Below are positions 54,834-63,722 of a DNA stretch of 64,000 nucleotides, one piece after another; the stretch's first letter is position 1; each line of letters begins with the position of its first letter. The DNA is from Candidatus Saccharibacteria bacterium RIFCSPHIGHO2_12_FULL_44_22 (GTDB lineage: Bacteria; Patescibacteriota; Saccharimonadia; Saccharimonadales; Saccharimonadaceae). Both the position numbers and the translations under genes were made by a program. The DNA lies in the NCBI GenBank assembly GCA_001790515.1, contig MGCS01000002.1:48234-112233 (forward strand). Direction: 5' to 3'. The notes below the pieces were generated by a model. That model searched no databases, had not been told where the DNA came from, and saw nothing but the letters and a program-made list of their open reading frames with translations.

Positions 54834-56111
54834 TTAACTTTGCAATAATCCGTATCCTGCGGTTGAATGAAGGTCATCCACGAGAGCTTTTACGACCCCC
54901 GCTAATTCTGTCAGCGTGACAGTACTCGTATCAAAGGTTGTGCGCTTAGAAGTTCCTGTTGCCACTGCCCACCCTGCACGCTTTGTTACTGGCGTTGCTC
55001 CAAAGAAAGCCAGACGTTTTGCTCCTGTGCCGCCATTGCCGATGGCTAATATTGTTTCGTATGATGCAGAGCCTAGCGCCGCGTTTGCGCTCGCTTCGAA
55101 TATTAGTGATGTTGACGATTGACGTATTCGTGACTGGTAGTAGATGTTTGCCGTACCAGAGTTACGCGCAAACTCGATGCCGTTCATATCTAAGTAAACA
55201 TGGCTACGGCTAGTAGCAGGTACTGTGGAATCATCTCTGGCGTCAATTCGAGCAGATGCGCCATTGAACTCAACATTAGTTCCGAATTCTAGTATTCCGT
55301 CTGCGCTTCGTACGGAGAATCCCTTAGCGTTCGCACCCTGTACCTTCAAGATTCGAGACGTCGATGCCGTTTCGTACGAAATAAGGTCGAGTAGAGATGC
55401 GGCACCACCGGTAGTGAGTTTCTGTTCAGCGTACACCGCAGGTGCAAGGTTCGATTTTTGATCGATATTCAAACCGTAGGCAGTGGCACTAGTGATGCTC
55501 GAAACCTGTTCGATTTTAAGGCCAATTCCTTTAGCCTTATTTCTAAAAATAAAGCCGTTACCTAATCCGGCGTCAATACCGACTCCGACAAGCCAGCTTC
55601 CATTTGATGTATTTTGTCCAGCCATTAAATGAAATAGATAGCCTGCCGTATCGTTATGGATATATTCCCATACGCCTGCACGTGCGTCACCGGTTGGCTT
55701 AATGACGACAGGTGATCCTACGGGGGTGCCCATATTAGAAACATAGCCAGTCGTGATATTTGATGCCGCAGCTTGCGAAAGTGCAGCATCAGCCTTATCC
55801 AGACTCGCTTGTACCGAACTTACGAGTTTTATTTTAGCCACACTCCCATCAACAATATTTGCTGGCGCATTTAGTTTTGTCTGCACTGCTGTAGCTAGGA
55901 GTGTTTCGGTTATCGAGCCATCGGCAATTGTACTTGCATCTACCGAATCGCTCGCAAGTGCAGCGCTGGTTACAGAGCTTGGAGCAAGTGCGCTTGCCGT
56001 CACGGCGTTATCTTTGATGGTTCCATCAGATTTATGACTCTGCACCAAATAATCATTGAGAATACTCCCCCAATTCCCTGCGTCACCTCCTGGTTGTGGT
56101 AAGCGTGCCAT
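54834..56111 (-). CDS. fibre-family protein: MARLP N-terminal module plus uncharacterised head
   Basis: MARLPQPGGDAGNWGSILNDYLVQSHKSDGTIKD start. The first ~85 aa are co-linear with the 49950 copy. The C-terminal region has the KRLAFFGATPVTK motif also seen in 44291..45862. Confidence 0.7.
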   Translation of the reverse strand: MARLPQPGGDAGNWGSILNDYLVQSHKSDGTIKDNAVTASALAPSSVTSAALASDSVDASTIADGSITETLLATAVQTKLNAPANIVDGSVAKIKLVSSVQASLDKADAALSQAAASNITTGYVSNMGTPVGSPVVIKPTGDARAGVWEYIHNDTAGYLFHLMAGQNTSNGSWLVGVGIDAGLGNGFIFRNKAKGIGLKIEQVSSITSATAYGLNIDQKSNLAPAVYAEQKLTTGGAASLLDLISYETASTSRILKVQGANAKGFSVRSADGILEFGTNVEFNGASARIDARDDSTVPATSRSHVYLDMNGIEFARNSGTANIYYQSRIRQSSTSLIFEASANAALGSASYETILAIGNGGTGAKRLAFFGATPVTKRAGWAVATGTSKRTTFDTSTVTLTELAGVVKALVDDLHSTAGYGLLQS

Positions 56112-56252
56112 GATTGTGTTTTAGCCCTTGAACCCTCTCTTTGTCATGCAGCAATACTATATGTGTGCATGAATTTAATCTTAGTATACATGATTATGCT
56201 AGTGCCTAGAAGTGGGGGTGTTTTGGATACACAAAACCCGCCGCTAGGCAGA
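56112..56252 (-). promoter_or_regulatory. conserved promoter plus ~71-nt leader shared with the 54174 fibre gene
   Basis: The -10 TATACT (minus strand) lies at 56183..56188, the same distance from the ATG as in the 54174 copy. Confidence 0.5.
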
Positions 56253-56285
56253 TTCTTTCGAACCTCATGCAAGTTTCCAGGCATG

Positions 56286-56333
56286 ACCTTGTAAGCATCC
56301 TAACGACGGGGTCAGTATGCTTACAAGGTTTTT
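56286..56333 (+). terminator. orphan intrinsic-terminator-like hairpin on the plus strand
   Basis: 13-bp perfect stem ACCTTGTAAGCAT / ATGCTTACAAGGT with an 18-nt loop, followed by TTTT. There is no plus-strand ORF upstream. Confidence 0.4.
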
Positions 56334-56481
56334 GCTACCGTACAAAAGCCGAAGCTTGAGCCTTAGGTAGGATCGCCGAATTGTAGGTGCGATTGATGCA
56401 ACGCAAATGTTGCTTGCGGTTATTGTAGCATATCGAGTAGTGGATATGGAATAATGCTACGGCTAATTATGATGAGCGTAG

Positions 56482-57195
56482 CTACCAACCTGTCGAAGCA
56501 CTAAATGTGCGTGACTGACCAGGTTGTAGTAGCTGATCATCGCTCGGGTCGTCCTGTAGGAATGCATACCCTGCGTACGTTGGTTCTAGGCAGACATAAT
56601 TACCTAGCTGGTCAGACCACGCTGCCCAGGTCGTTAGATCATCAGACGCCATCGTGATCGTTCGTTTTTGCAGCGCTAATCGTTTGGAAGTGCCTTCGGA
56701 AAACAGCGTGCCTTCTAGATCCTGCACATCGACCGTCTCGCCGTCGATACTCACCTGCCCTTCGCCATCTGCTACGGCAAAATATGGGTGAAACCCAGGT
56801 GCGATGCGCAATTCGCTCGTGCCATTGTTCACTACCTTTAGGGTGATCGTAATCGACGCCTCGTCGAGCGCATATGTCAGCTGTGACGACAAATCACGAT
56901 ACTCATCGTCACCATTCGGTAGTTCCAATGTCACTTCGCTCTGCGTCTGCCTGGCAACAGCCCACACCATCTGACGGCCAAAGCCGTGTTGCGCTTGGTC
57001 GCTCAGTCCACCTGGTCCAAAATTTGGCAGACAGACATGACAGCCGCCACGCTGTTTTTTGGATCCATCTGCAGCGGTCAATAGGCGCTTTGGAAACAAT
57101 ATATCACCGTTATCATCAGATAGATTCATTAACCACGCGCCGTCGATCGACACCAATGCTTTTGTCGATCCGTTCCATAGTTCAATAACATCCAT
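56482..57195 (-). CDS. aldose 1-epimerase family protein (hexose-6-phosphate mutarotase-like)
   Basis: 237 aa. GGCHVCLPNFGP resembles the GGIPxCxPxFG motif, and HGFGRQMVW and the distal FHPYF fit the mutarotase fold. Confidence 0.7.
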   Translation of the reverse strand: MDVIELWNGSTKALVSIDGAWLMNLSDDNGDILFPKRLLTAADGSKKQRGGCHVCLPNFGPGGLSDQAQHGFGRQMVWAVARQTQSEVTLELPNGDDEYRDLSSQLTYALDEASITITLKVVNNGTSELRIAPGFHPYFAVADGEGQVSIDGETVDVQDLEGTLFSEGTSKRLALQKRTITMASDDLTTWAAWSDQLGNYVCLEPTYAGYAFLQDDPSDDQLLQPGQSRTFSASTGW

Positions 57196-57205
57196 ATTTT
57201 GCCTC

Positions 57206-57940
57206 CTAATCTTTTATGCCAAAATCCGCCAATGTTTGCGCGTCTTCGATCTTCCATTTATTAATAGCTGTGCGTCGTAGCTGCGTACAATACGCACCAG
57301 TACCCAGGTGCGTTCCGATATCTGCTGCCAGGCTGCGAATATAGGTGCCGCTACTGACATGTGTGCGGATTTTTACTTCTGGATACGCATATTCCACAAG
57401 TTCAAGGCTGTGGATTGTTACCGTCCGTTCTGGTATTTCAACTTCTTCACCGTTTCGCGCCAGTTTATAGGCACGCTGGCCATTGATCTTGATGGCGCTG
57501 AAGATTGGTGGACGCTGTTGTATGTCGCCCGTGAATACACCCATTGCTTGCTCAATACTGTCGCGCAGCGGCTGATCGTTAGATATATCGGTAATTTCAC
57601 CCTCCGGATCCCCGGTACTGCTGGTTTGCCCTAGTCTGATTGTCGCTTCGTACACTTTGTCGAGTTTTGTGTAATGCCCGGAATTTTTACATTCTTTACC
57701 GATGACCAGGATCATCAGGCCAGTCGCGAACGGATCAAGTGTTCCAGTATGCCCCACTTTGACGCGCTGGCGCTTATGAGGGACAACCGATGGTTTTTCC
57801 TCATCGCTCCGGGCGCGGAGTGAATCCGCCGCTCGGGCTGCTCCTTTTCCTTGTTCGCTCAAGACGCGTCGAATTCGTGCTACTACACCGAAGCTAGTCA
57901 TTTCGGCTGGTTTGTCGATAAGGATTATTCCGTCTGTCAT
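57206..57940 (-). CDS. truB: tRNA pseudouridine(55) synthase TruB
   Basis: GIILIDKPAEMTSF and the catalytic GHTGTLDPFATGLMILVIG motif. Confidence 0.95.
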   Translation of the reverse strand: MTDGIILIDKPAEMTSFGVVARIRRVLSEQGKGAARAADSLRARSDEEKPSVVPHKRQRVKVGHTGTLDPFATGLMILVIGKECKNSGHYTKLDKVYEATIRLGQTSSTGDPEGEITDISNDQPLRDSIEQAMGVFTGDIQQRPPIFSAIKINGQRAYKLARNGEEVEIPERTVTIHSLELVEYAYPEVKIRTHVSSGTYIRSLAADIGTHLGTGAYCTQLRRTAINKWKIEDAQTLADFGIKD

Positions 57941-58046
57941 TAGGTGTTATTATACCTTTCTTTTTGAAAAGAGTTAAACCCTTACTTTTTAACAAAAAAG
58001 TAACAAAATGTCTTCTTTTGGCTGCCCAAAAGAAGCAAAAGGGGTT

Positions 58047-58416
58047 GTGACTGCTTCCTTCCGCCGAGACAAAGCAGGCAAAAAGAATGGGTGCTGCGGG
58101 ACTCCCTTCGGTCGGTCCATTTTTATTTCTCTAGTTATTTAAAATGGACTAATCCTCGCACATTATTCCATTCTCTTTGCCTGCTTTGTCTCGGGTCAGT
58201 CCAGATGTCACGAAGAGTTAATTCATATCGACGCAGTAGAACTGCGATTCATTCTTCACTCCGTGTTTCATTCGTTACTGAACGAAGTTCAGTAACAATA
58301 ACAATAGATAGCTTTTTCCGTGACATTCTGCACCGACCCGAGAGCTTCAAGGGCGCAGGGACGGTCGCTAAGTCCTCGCGAATTATTCCGTCCATGTGCC
58401 CTTGAAGCTCACGGTG
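58047..58416. other. densely structured intergenic region: two related stem-loop units plus smaller hairpins (candidate ncRNA or MITE-like repeat)
   Basis: Unit A pairs 58064..58090 with 58168..58194 (26/27). Unit B pairs 58342..58354 with 58398..58410 (13/13), with inner 58359..58364/58388..58393. Both units start CCGAGA and contain CTAA(G)TCCTCGC.(A/C)ATTATTCC. A perfect 10-bp hairpin lies at 58274..58296. Confidence 0.4.
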
Positions 58417-58564
58417 GAGGGAAGCTGTCACAGTTCTTTTGCTAAAGAACATACAGGAGTTTGGTTCTTTGCTGAAAAAACAATTATATGAATGAGTTGA
58501 ATGGATAACGATTGGATCCTGAATCGAGTTCAGAATGACAACAGCAAAGTGCTATACTAAAACC

Positions 58565-59248
58565 ATGCAAAAGATCATCATCGGCATATTCGCCCATCCA
58601 GATGACGAAGCCTTTGGCCCAAGTGGCACTTTATTGATGGAAACGCAGGCGGGCGCAGAGCTGCATCTGATCACCCTGACTGCTGGTGAAAATGGCATGA
58701 ACCCTGATAATCATGAGAATCTGCGCGAGATTCGCCTACAAGAATGGCGCCGAGCTGGTGAACTAATCGGCGCAAAACACATGCACCATTTGGGCTATAT
58801 GGACGGCGAACTAGGCAATAAAGACCACGTTGAAATCACCAGTCAAATCATGGCACTCGTCCAAGACATCACCGAAGATCGTGATGATGTTGAAATAGAG
58901 TTTATGAGTATTGATCTAAACGGCATTACAGGCCACATCGACCACATTGTAGCCGGCCGCAGTGCATGTTTGGCGTTTTATCGTCTAAAAGAGATGGGTC
59001 TACCGGTCACTCGTATTCGCCTGGCCTGCGTGTCGTGTGATCACTTTTGCGATATAAACACTGACTTTGTGTTTATGGAACCTGGCCATCAGCCAGAAGA
59101 GATCGATGAGATCATCGACGCCCGACATTTAGCTGACAAGGTATTCGAAATTGTTCGCTGTCATCACACTCAGCGAAGCGATGGCGAAACGCACATTGCA
59201 CACAGAGGCAAAGACGTCGCGCTCAATCATTTTATCGTTCGTACATAA
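58565..59248 (+). CDS. PIG-L/LmbE family deacetylase
   Basis: AHPDDE motif (IIGIFAHPDDEAFGPSG) and a downstream GHIDHI. I prefer the ATG at 58565. Confidence 0.8.
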   Translation: MQKIIIGIFAHPDDEAFGPSGTLLMETQAGAELHLITLTAGENGMNPDNHENLREIRLQEWRRAGELIGAKHMHHLGYMDGELGNKDHVEITSQIMALVQDITEDRDDVEIEFMSIDLNGITGHIDHIVAGRSACLAFYRLKEMGLPVTRIRLACVSCDHFCDINTDFVFMEPGHQPEEIDEIIDARHLADKVFEIVRCHHTQRSDGETHIAHRGKDVALNHFIVRT

Positions 59249-59249
59249 T

Positions 59250-59279
59250 AAATACACCGCATGTGGCTGCGGTGTATTT
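59250..59279. terminator. bidirectional intrinsic terminator
   Basis: 11-bp perfect stem AAATACACCGC / GCGGTGTATTT with an 8-nt loop, between convergent genes. Confidence 0.7.
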
Positions 59280-59303
59280 ATTATGTAGTTCTGTTTTACT
59301 AGC

Positions 59304-61292
59304 CTACTGACCAGGTATTTTGAATTGTCCTGGAGGAGTCGGCGCTGACGACGCAGCGGGCTGATCGACTGGGAGCGCTGGCGCATCACCAAAGATATCG
59401 CCTAATTTGTCTGCTGATATACCACCAGACGGTGCAGTGGGCTGATCAAATGATGGAGGTGTTGGCAATGGCGGCAAGGTCGAGAAATCTGGCAGCGGAG
59501 GAAGCGATGGCATATCCATAGCAGGCATTTGCGGTGGCATAGCGGCAATCTGGTCGAAAGCAGGTGTAGCTGGCAATGCTTGATCAGATACGACATTGGC
59601 CGTTTCGGGCGTCACAGGGTTAAGCGGCTCTAGTGGCGCAGCAATTGCTTGGTTAACTGGTGTTACTGGATCAGCGCTAAGATTTGGTAGCGGAGGTAAC
59701 GGTGAACTAAACGGGTCAATCGTCTTTTCGGCAGTATCTTCATCTGACACACCCTCACCGGCAATAATACCAGCAGATGGCGTATCAAAGGATGATTTGG
59801 CGTCACTGCTAATGTAATCACTGCCCGATCGCGTCGTAATAAAGTCGGATGCTGGAGGTAAGGTCAACTCAGGGACTTGCGCATCGTCCAGTTGAGGAGT
59901 GGCCGGTGACGGACTAAATTGCTGATCAGCAGCTGGCGCTGGAGCAGCCGCGGACATAGGAACGTCAAGTGATTCAAACCCTGGCATTGCAGAGTCAATA
60001 GTTGAAAGTGGCGGTACTGGATCAGCGGAAACGGGTTCTGGCTGAAGCTGAGGTTGTGGTGGCAACATGTTTTCGCTTGCCTCACTCAACTGCGCCTCTA
60101 GGTCGGCGACAATAGGGGCGGTCTGAGGCAATTCCCCTACTTCGGCCAACTGGTCAGATAGTTCTTTTTCAACGTCCTTTGCGGGCTCGGCTTGGTCGAG
60201 TGCAGCTTCAACAGCGACAGCTTCATCCTGAGCAGGAGCGTCGCTGATGGCGTCGGTCGTAGAATTGGTCTGTACATCATCAGTATCGGTAGACGCAGTG
60301 ACATCGCCTACGTCATTTGTCACCACATCGTCAACAATAACCGCTGCTGCAGTCGCGCCATCTACGACAGGCGTCGTGTCTTTTTTGTCACGATCAATGG
60401 TAAGCGAACTATCATCACGTCGAGGTTTTTTATCTCTTTTTCGATCCTTGCGATCTTTGCCGCCGTCTTTTGGCTGATTATTGCTAGGTGAATCATCAGA
60501 TTTGTCCGAGGCTTGGCTACCTGGACCAATATCGTGCGCTTCTTGCAGTTTTGCTGCGATCAGTTGCTGATTCGCCCCAGCAGCCATCAGCTGAGCGGCC
60601 ATTGTCATGACGCGCGAAGATGTACGATCGTTGCTAAACCTGTCTGTTGCCGATACGATACCTGTTAGCAACGCTGTCGCGACTTGTTCGTCCAAGATTG
60701 GGCGATCATCTTTGAGCGCTTCAGATAGGCTAACAAGCATTTCGCAGAGGCTACTTGCCCCTGCTTCACGCCAATCAACATTACCGAGGCTGCTTGGGTC
60801 TGACCCAGAGCTGATTGTCATCACCGCAGCATCATGAAGTATGCGACCGTGCGCAGATAATGCTTTGTCTAAGTGATCTTGAGTAGCGACATTGAGTGCG
60901 ATCACCATTTCAACATTGTAATCGCCCTGGCTAAAATCAAGATCTTTGTCGCTTAGCACCGTACGGTACGGGGTAATAAAAATCTTAACGACATCACCAT
61001 CGACTTTGTACCGCAAATGGTCTGCCTTTTCTTTGTCGAGCGCAATAATAAAATCACGAAGGCTATCAACGGTACTTTCAAAAGTTTTTGCAGGATCAAG
61101 AAACGTAATTGCAGGAGGAATTGCACCACTGAATATAGACGTGGCGCGTTTTTCGAGTTTGTTCAAGATAAGTGTCAAACCCAATGCCGCAGACAATTCG
61201 TCAACACTCGGGCTATCGTTCACAGTGACGAGAATATTGCTATTCGCCTTGATTCCTTCGACTATTTGCTGCTTAGCATTGCCTTCGTTCAT
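59304..61292 (-). CDS. DHH/NrnA-like domain protein with degenerate catalytic motifs and a long Pro/Ala/Asp-rich C-terminal half
   Basis: N-terminal ~300 aa are co-linear with NrnA-type DHH proteins (LLTGIVSATDRFSN versus the DTGxF motif). The DxD and DHH metal motifs are replaced (NDSPSVDELSA). The C-terminal ~350 aa are low complexity. Confidence 0.5.
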   Translation of the reverse strand: MNEGNAKQQIVEGIKANSNILVTVNDSPSVDELSAALGLTLILNKLEKRATSIFSGAIPPAITFLDPAKTFESTVDSLRDFIIALDKEKADHLRYKVDGDVVKIFITPYRTVLSDKDLDFSQGDYNVEMVIALNVATQDHLDKALSAHGRILHDAAVMTISSGSDPSSLGNVDWREAGASSLCEMLVSLSEALKDDRPILDEQVATALLTGIVSATDRFSNDRTSSRVMTMAAQLMAAGANQQLIAAKLQEAHDIGPGSQASDKSDDSPSNNQPKDGGKDRKDRKRDKKPRRDDSSLTIDRDKKDTTPVVDGATAAAVIVDDVVTNDVGDVTASTDTDDVQTNSTTDAISDAPAQDEAVAVEAALDQAEPAKDVEKELSDQLAEVGELPQTAPIVADLEAQLSEASENMLPPQPQLQPEPVSADPVPPLSTIDSAMPGFESLDVPMSAAAPAPAADQQFSPSPATPQLDDAQVPELTLPPASDFITTRSGSDYISSDAKSSFDTPSAGIIAGEGVSDEDTAEKTIDPFSSPLPPLPNLSADPVTPVNQAIAAPLEPLNPVTPETANVVSDQALPATPAFDQIAAMPPQMPAMDMPSLPPLPDFSTLPPLPTPPSFDQPTAPSGGISADKLGDIFGDAPALPVDQPAASSAPTPPGQFKIPGQ

Positions 61293-61460
61293 TGTTTTTC
61301 CTACTTTTTTGGTTTTTCTTGAGTTTGGATTTACTATACCATAAGCATCGTTTGATCGTCAACAAAACCGCCCGTCTATTCACAGCACTTTACATTTCCC
61401 CTGTTTTCCTCTATAATCTCACTTTGATTGTATCTATAACTTATAAGGTAAAGGAACACT

Positions 61461-61865
61461 ATGCCAATTATCAAATCAGCTATCAAACGAATGAAACAGA
61501 CGATCAAGCGTAACACGCGTAACGTCGGTATCAAGAAAGACATCAAGACTGCAACAAAAGCATTTGTCGCTGCTCCTGCAGCAGATACATTGTCAAAAGC
61601 ACAGAGTGAACTTGATAAAGCCGTCAAAAAAGGCTTGATCAAAAAGAACACTGCAGCACGTCGCAAAGCGGGGCTTTCAAAAGCTGCAAAAACTGCTGGC
61701 GTAAAACTAGCGACAACAAAGAAACCTGCCGCAAAGCCAGCGACAGCAAAAAAGACCGCTGCTCCAGCTAAAGCGGCTGCGGCAAAGAAACCTGCAGTGA
61801 AAAAAGCTCCAACTACAAAAGCTACTGCAGCTAAAAAACCAGCTGCAAAGAAGACGACGAAGTAG
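61461..61865 (+). CDS. rpsT: 30S ribosomal protein S20 with a Lys/Ala-rich C-terminal extension
   Basis: MPIIKSAIKRMKQTIKRNTRN start typical of S20. The tail of about 50 aa is of the AKKPAAK type. Confidence 0.9.
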   Translation: MPIIKSAIKRMKQTIKRNTRNVGIKKDIKTATKAFVAAPAADTLSKAQSELDKAVKKGLIKKNTAARRKAGLSKAAKTAGVKLATTKKPAAKPATAKKTAAPAKAAAAKKPAVKKAPTTKATAAKKPAAKKTTK

Positions 61866-61883
61866 TCCTCATCCCATAACAAA

Positions 61884-61910
61884 ATAACCCGGAATATTCC
61901 GGGTTATTTT
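61884..61910. terminator. bidirectional intrinsic terminator between rpsT and holA
   Basis: ATAACCCGG-AATATT-CCGGGTTAT followed by TTTT. It overlaps the holA stop codon. Confidence 0.7.
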
Positions 61911-62815
61911 ATGTTACTTACCTTTATGAGCGTCCGCTCAACGAGCAGCCATGGGTCTGCGGCTGTTGATTTCATGGCAGTATCGGTATCTGCGAACGTC
62001 GCTATCATCTTTTTTGCGCCACGCTTGCCAATACGACTCGCGTACGGAGCCAACTTTGACAATGCGAACGGATGCGCACCAATCAGTTTCGCAACATCAC
62101 CGCTTGACTCATCTGTGCTTGCCAATGCTGCCAACTGAAATGCCTGACTAGAGAGTAGTCCAAACACCATATACGGATCGTCCGTTTGTTTAAGAGTGGC
62201 GACCATTTCATGAACGCGCTCACGATTACCGCGTAACGCCGCATCAAATAAATTGAATACATTTTCGGCTGGATTCGCCTCTATTACATCCTTAATGATA
62301 TCTGGTGTTATGTGATCGAGCGCAGATAGTTTCTGAATTGCATGATACAACTGCCATTGGTCAACTCCGACTCTAGCAACGAGTGCTTGAGCACTTTTTT
62401 TATCACATTGCACACCCTGCTTTGTGGCTTGTTCAACAACCCATTGTTCGACTTTGTTTGTGTCACGCTCTGTCCAAACGGGAAATTCCGACACTTTAGC
62501 AACTTTCATGAGTTCTTTGTACGTTTTGGTGCGTTTATCTAATTTAGAATCGACCAATACAAGATGCACGTCGTCGCTCACTCGTGGAATCCATTCTCCC
62601 AGATCATTCCAGACTGATTTGTTTTCAGAAAGATTTTTGACAATTACGAGACGATTCGATGCAAACAGCGTTGCACCCATCAACAGATCAGGTAATTGCA
62701 CCGTCTCGATAACACTGCCATCAATCGTCTCGGCGTCACCATCAAACGTAGCAATAATCCCTGCGAGCGCCTGGGATGATTCAAATGTGTTTTCTCCGTG
62801 TAACAACGTGATCAT
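61904..62815 (-). CDS. holA: DNA polymerase III delta subunit
   Basis: About 300 aa. It starts MITLLHGENTF, with LFASNRLVIVKN and a helical C-terminal domain typical of HolA. I prefer the ATG at 62815. Confidence 0.75.
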   Translation of the reverse strand: MITLLHGENTFESSQALAGIIATFDGDAETIDGSVIETVQLPDLLMGATLFASNRLVIVKNLSENKSVWNDLGEWIPRVSDDVHLVLVDSKLDKRTKTYKELMKVAKVSEFPVWTERDTNKVEQWVVEQATKQGVQCDKKSAQALVARVGVDQWQLYHAIQKLSALDHITPDIIKDVIEANPAENVFNLFDAALRGNRERVHEMVATLKQTDDPYMVFGLLSSQAFQLAALASTDESSGDVAKLIGAHPFALSKLAPYASRIGKRGAKKMIATFADTDTAMKSTAADPWLLVERTLIKVSNIK

Positions 62816-62837
62816 GTATGTAGTATACAATTAATCG

Positions 62838-63704
62838 TTACAGAACTTGGCAATGCGGACAGATGTGCGTCCCACGACCGGCTGCTTTGAATTTGATTAT
62901 TTCGGTTTCACAGCGAGGACATGCCAGACCTTCGCGTCGAAACACACGAGCAAAATCCATATAACTGCCGCGTTTTCCTTCTGCGTTGACGTAGTTCTTA
63001 TCAGTGCTTCCACCCTTTTGTATTGCCAGGTTCATAACGGCACGTAGTTCAGTGTATAGTGTTTCAAACTCATTGGGCGTGATTGTGTTCACTAATCGTT
63101 TTGGATGGATTTTTGCAGCCCACAACGATTCATCGGCATAAATATTACCGACACCCGCAATAACTGTCTGATCAAGAATCGCTGCCTTGATACTCGTTTT
63201 TGCCCGTCGCGCAAATCGCGCGGCAAATTCATTTGCAGTGAACTCAGCTTCGAGCGGTTCTGGGCCAACTTTTTTCATAAAATCGATATTCGGAACTTCC
63301 AGTGTCGGCATGAGTTTCATCCAACCAAATTTACGTTGATCGTTAAAAAACAATCTAGATCCATCGGCAAACTCCAGCGTCACACGTGTCGACCGATCGG
63401 GTAATTCACCAGTCAGTGATTCGTTCGGGTGCCCCGCCCCAAAAACCGACTCACCTCGATAGACCAACTGGCCTGTCATTTTGAGGTGAATCACTACTGT
63501 ATACGCAGTTGAAAGATCAATCATCAGTACTTTAGCGCGACGACGCACATCGGTAATTGATGCGCCAATCAAAAATTCCTGTACGTCTGCTACTGCATTT
63601 GGAAACGATTTTGGTGTATCGTGATGAACACTTTTGATAGCGCGGTCAATGATTAATTCGTGAAGTCCACGGCGGACGGTTTCAACTTCGGGTAGTTCGG
63701 GCAT
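62838..63704 (-). CDS. mutM: formamidopyrimidine-DNA glycosylase
   Basis: MPELPEVETVRRGL N-terminus, an H2TH segment and a C-terminal zinc finger CPRCETEIIKFKAAGRGTHICPHCQ. Confidence 0.95.
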   Translation of the reverse strand: MPELPEVETVRRGLHELIIDRAIKSVHHDTPKSFPNAVADVQEFLIGASITDVRRRAKVLMIDLSTAYTVVIHLKMTGQLVYRGESVFGAGHPNESLTGELPDRSTRVTLEFADGSRLFFNDQRKFGWMKLMPTLEVPNIDFMKKVGPEPLEAEFTANEFAARFARRAKTSIKAAILDQTVIAGVGNIYADESLWAAKIHPKRLVNTITPNEFETLYTELRAVMNLAIQKGGSTDKNYVNAEGKRGSYMDFARVFRREGLACPRCETEIIKFKAAGRGTHICPHCQVL

Positions 63705-63722
63705 GCAATCTATTATACTCTC

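Noticed and set aside
58053-58075. Minus-strand GGCGGAAGGAAGCAG resembling the SRP RNA domain IV motif (CCGGAAGGAAGCAGCC)
   Set aside because: The residues flanking GGAA cannot form the tetraloop-closing helix (GGC instead of UCC). The motif sits as a bulge at the base of a 27-bp helix rather than at a helix apex, so it is not an SRP RNA by structure.
58047-58416. RNase P RNA or tmRNA as the identity of the structured region
   Set aside because: Neither strand has a GAGGAAAGUCC (CR-I) or ACAGAAnnCGGCUUA (CR-V) match; the closest is GAGGAUUAGUCC. There is no tRNA-like acceptor/T-arm or tag reading frame. It therefore stays unassigned.
61376-61882. 168-aa minus-strand ORF opposite rpsT
   Set aside because: Its Ala/Phe/Gly-rich sequence is the mirror of the Lys/Ala-rich S20 tail. 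The S20 N-terminus on the plus strand is unmistakable.
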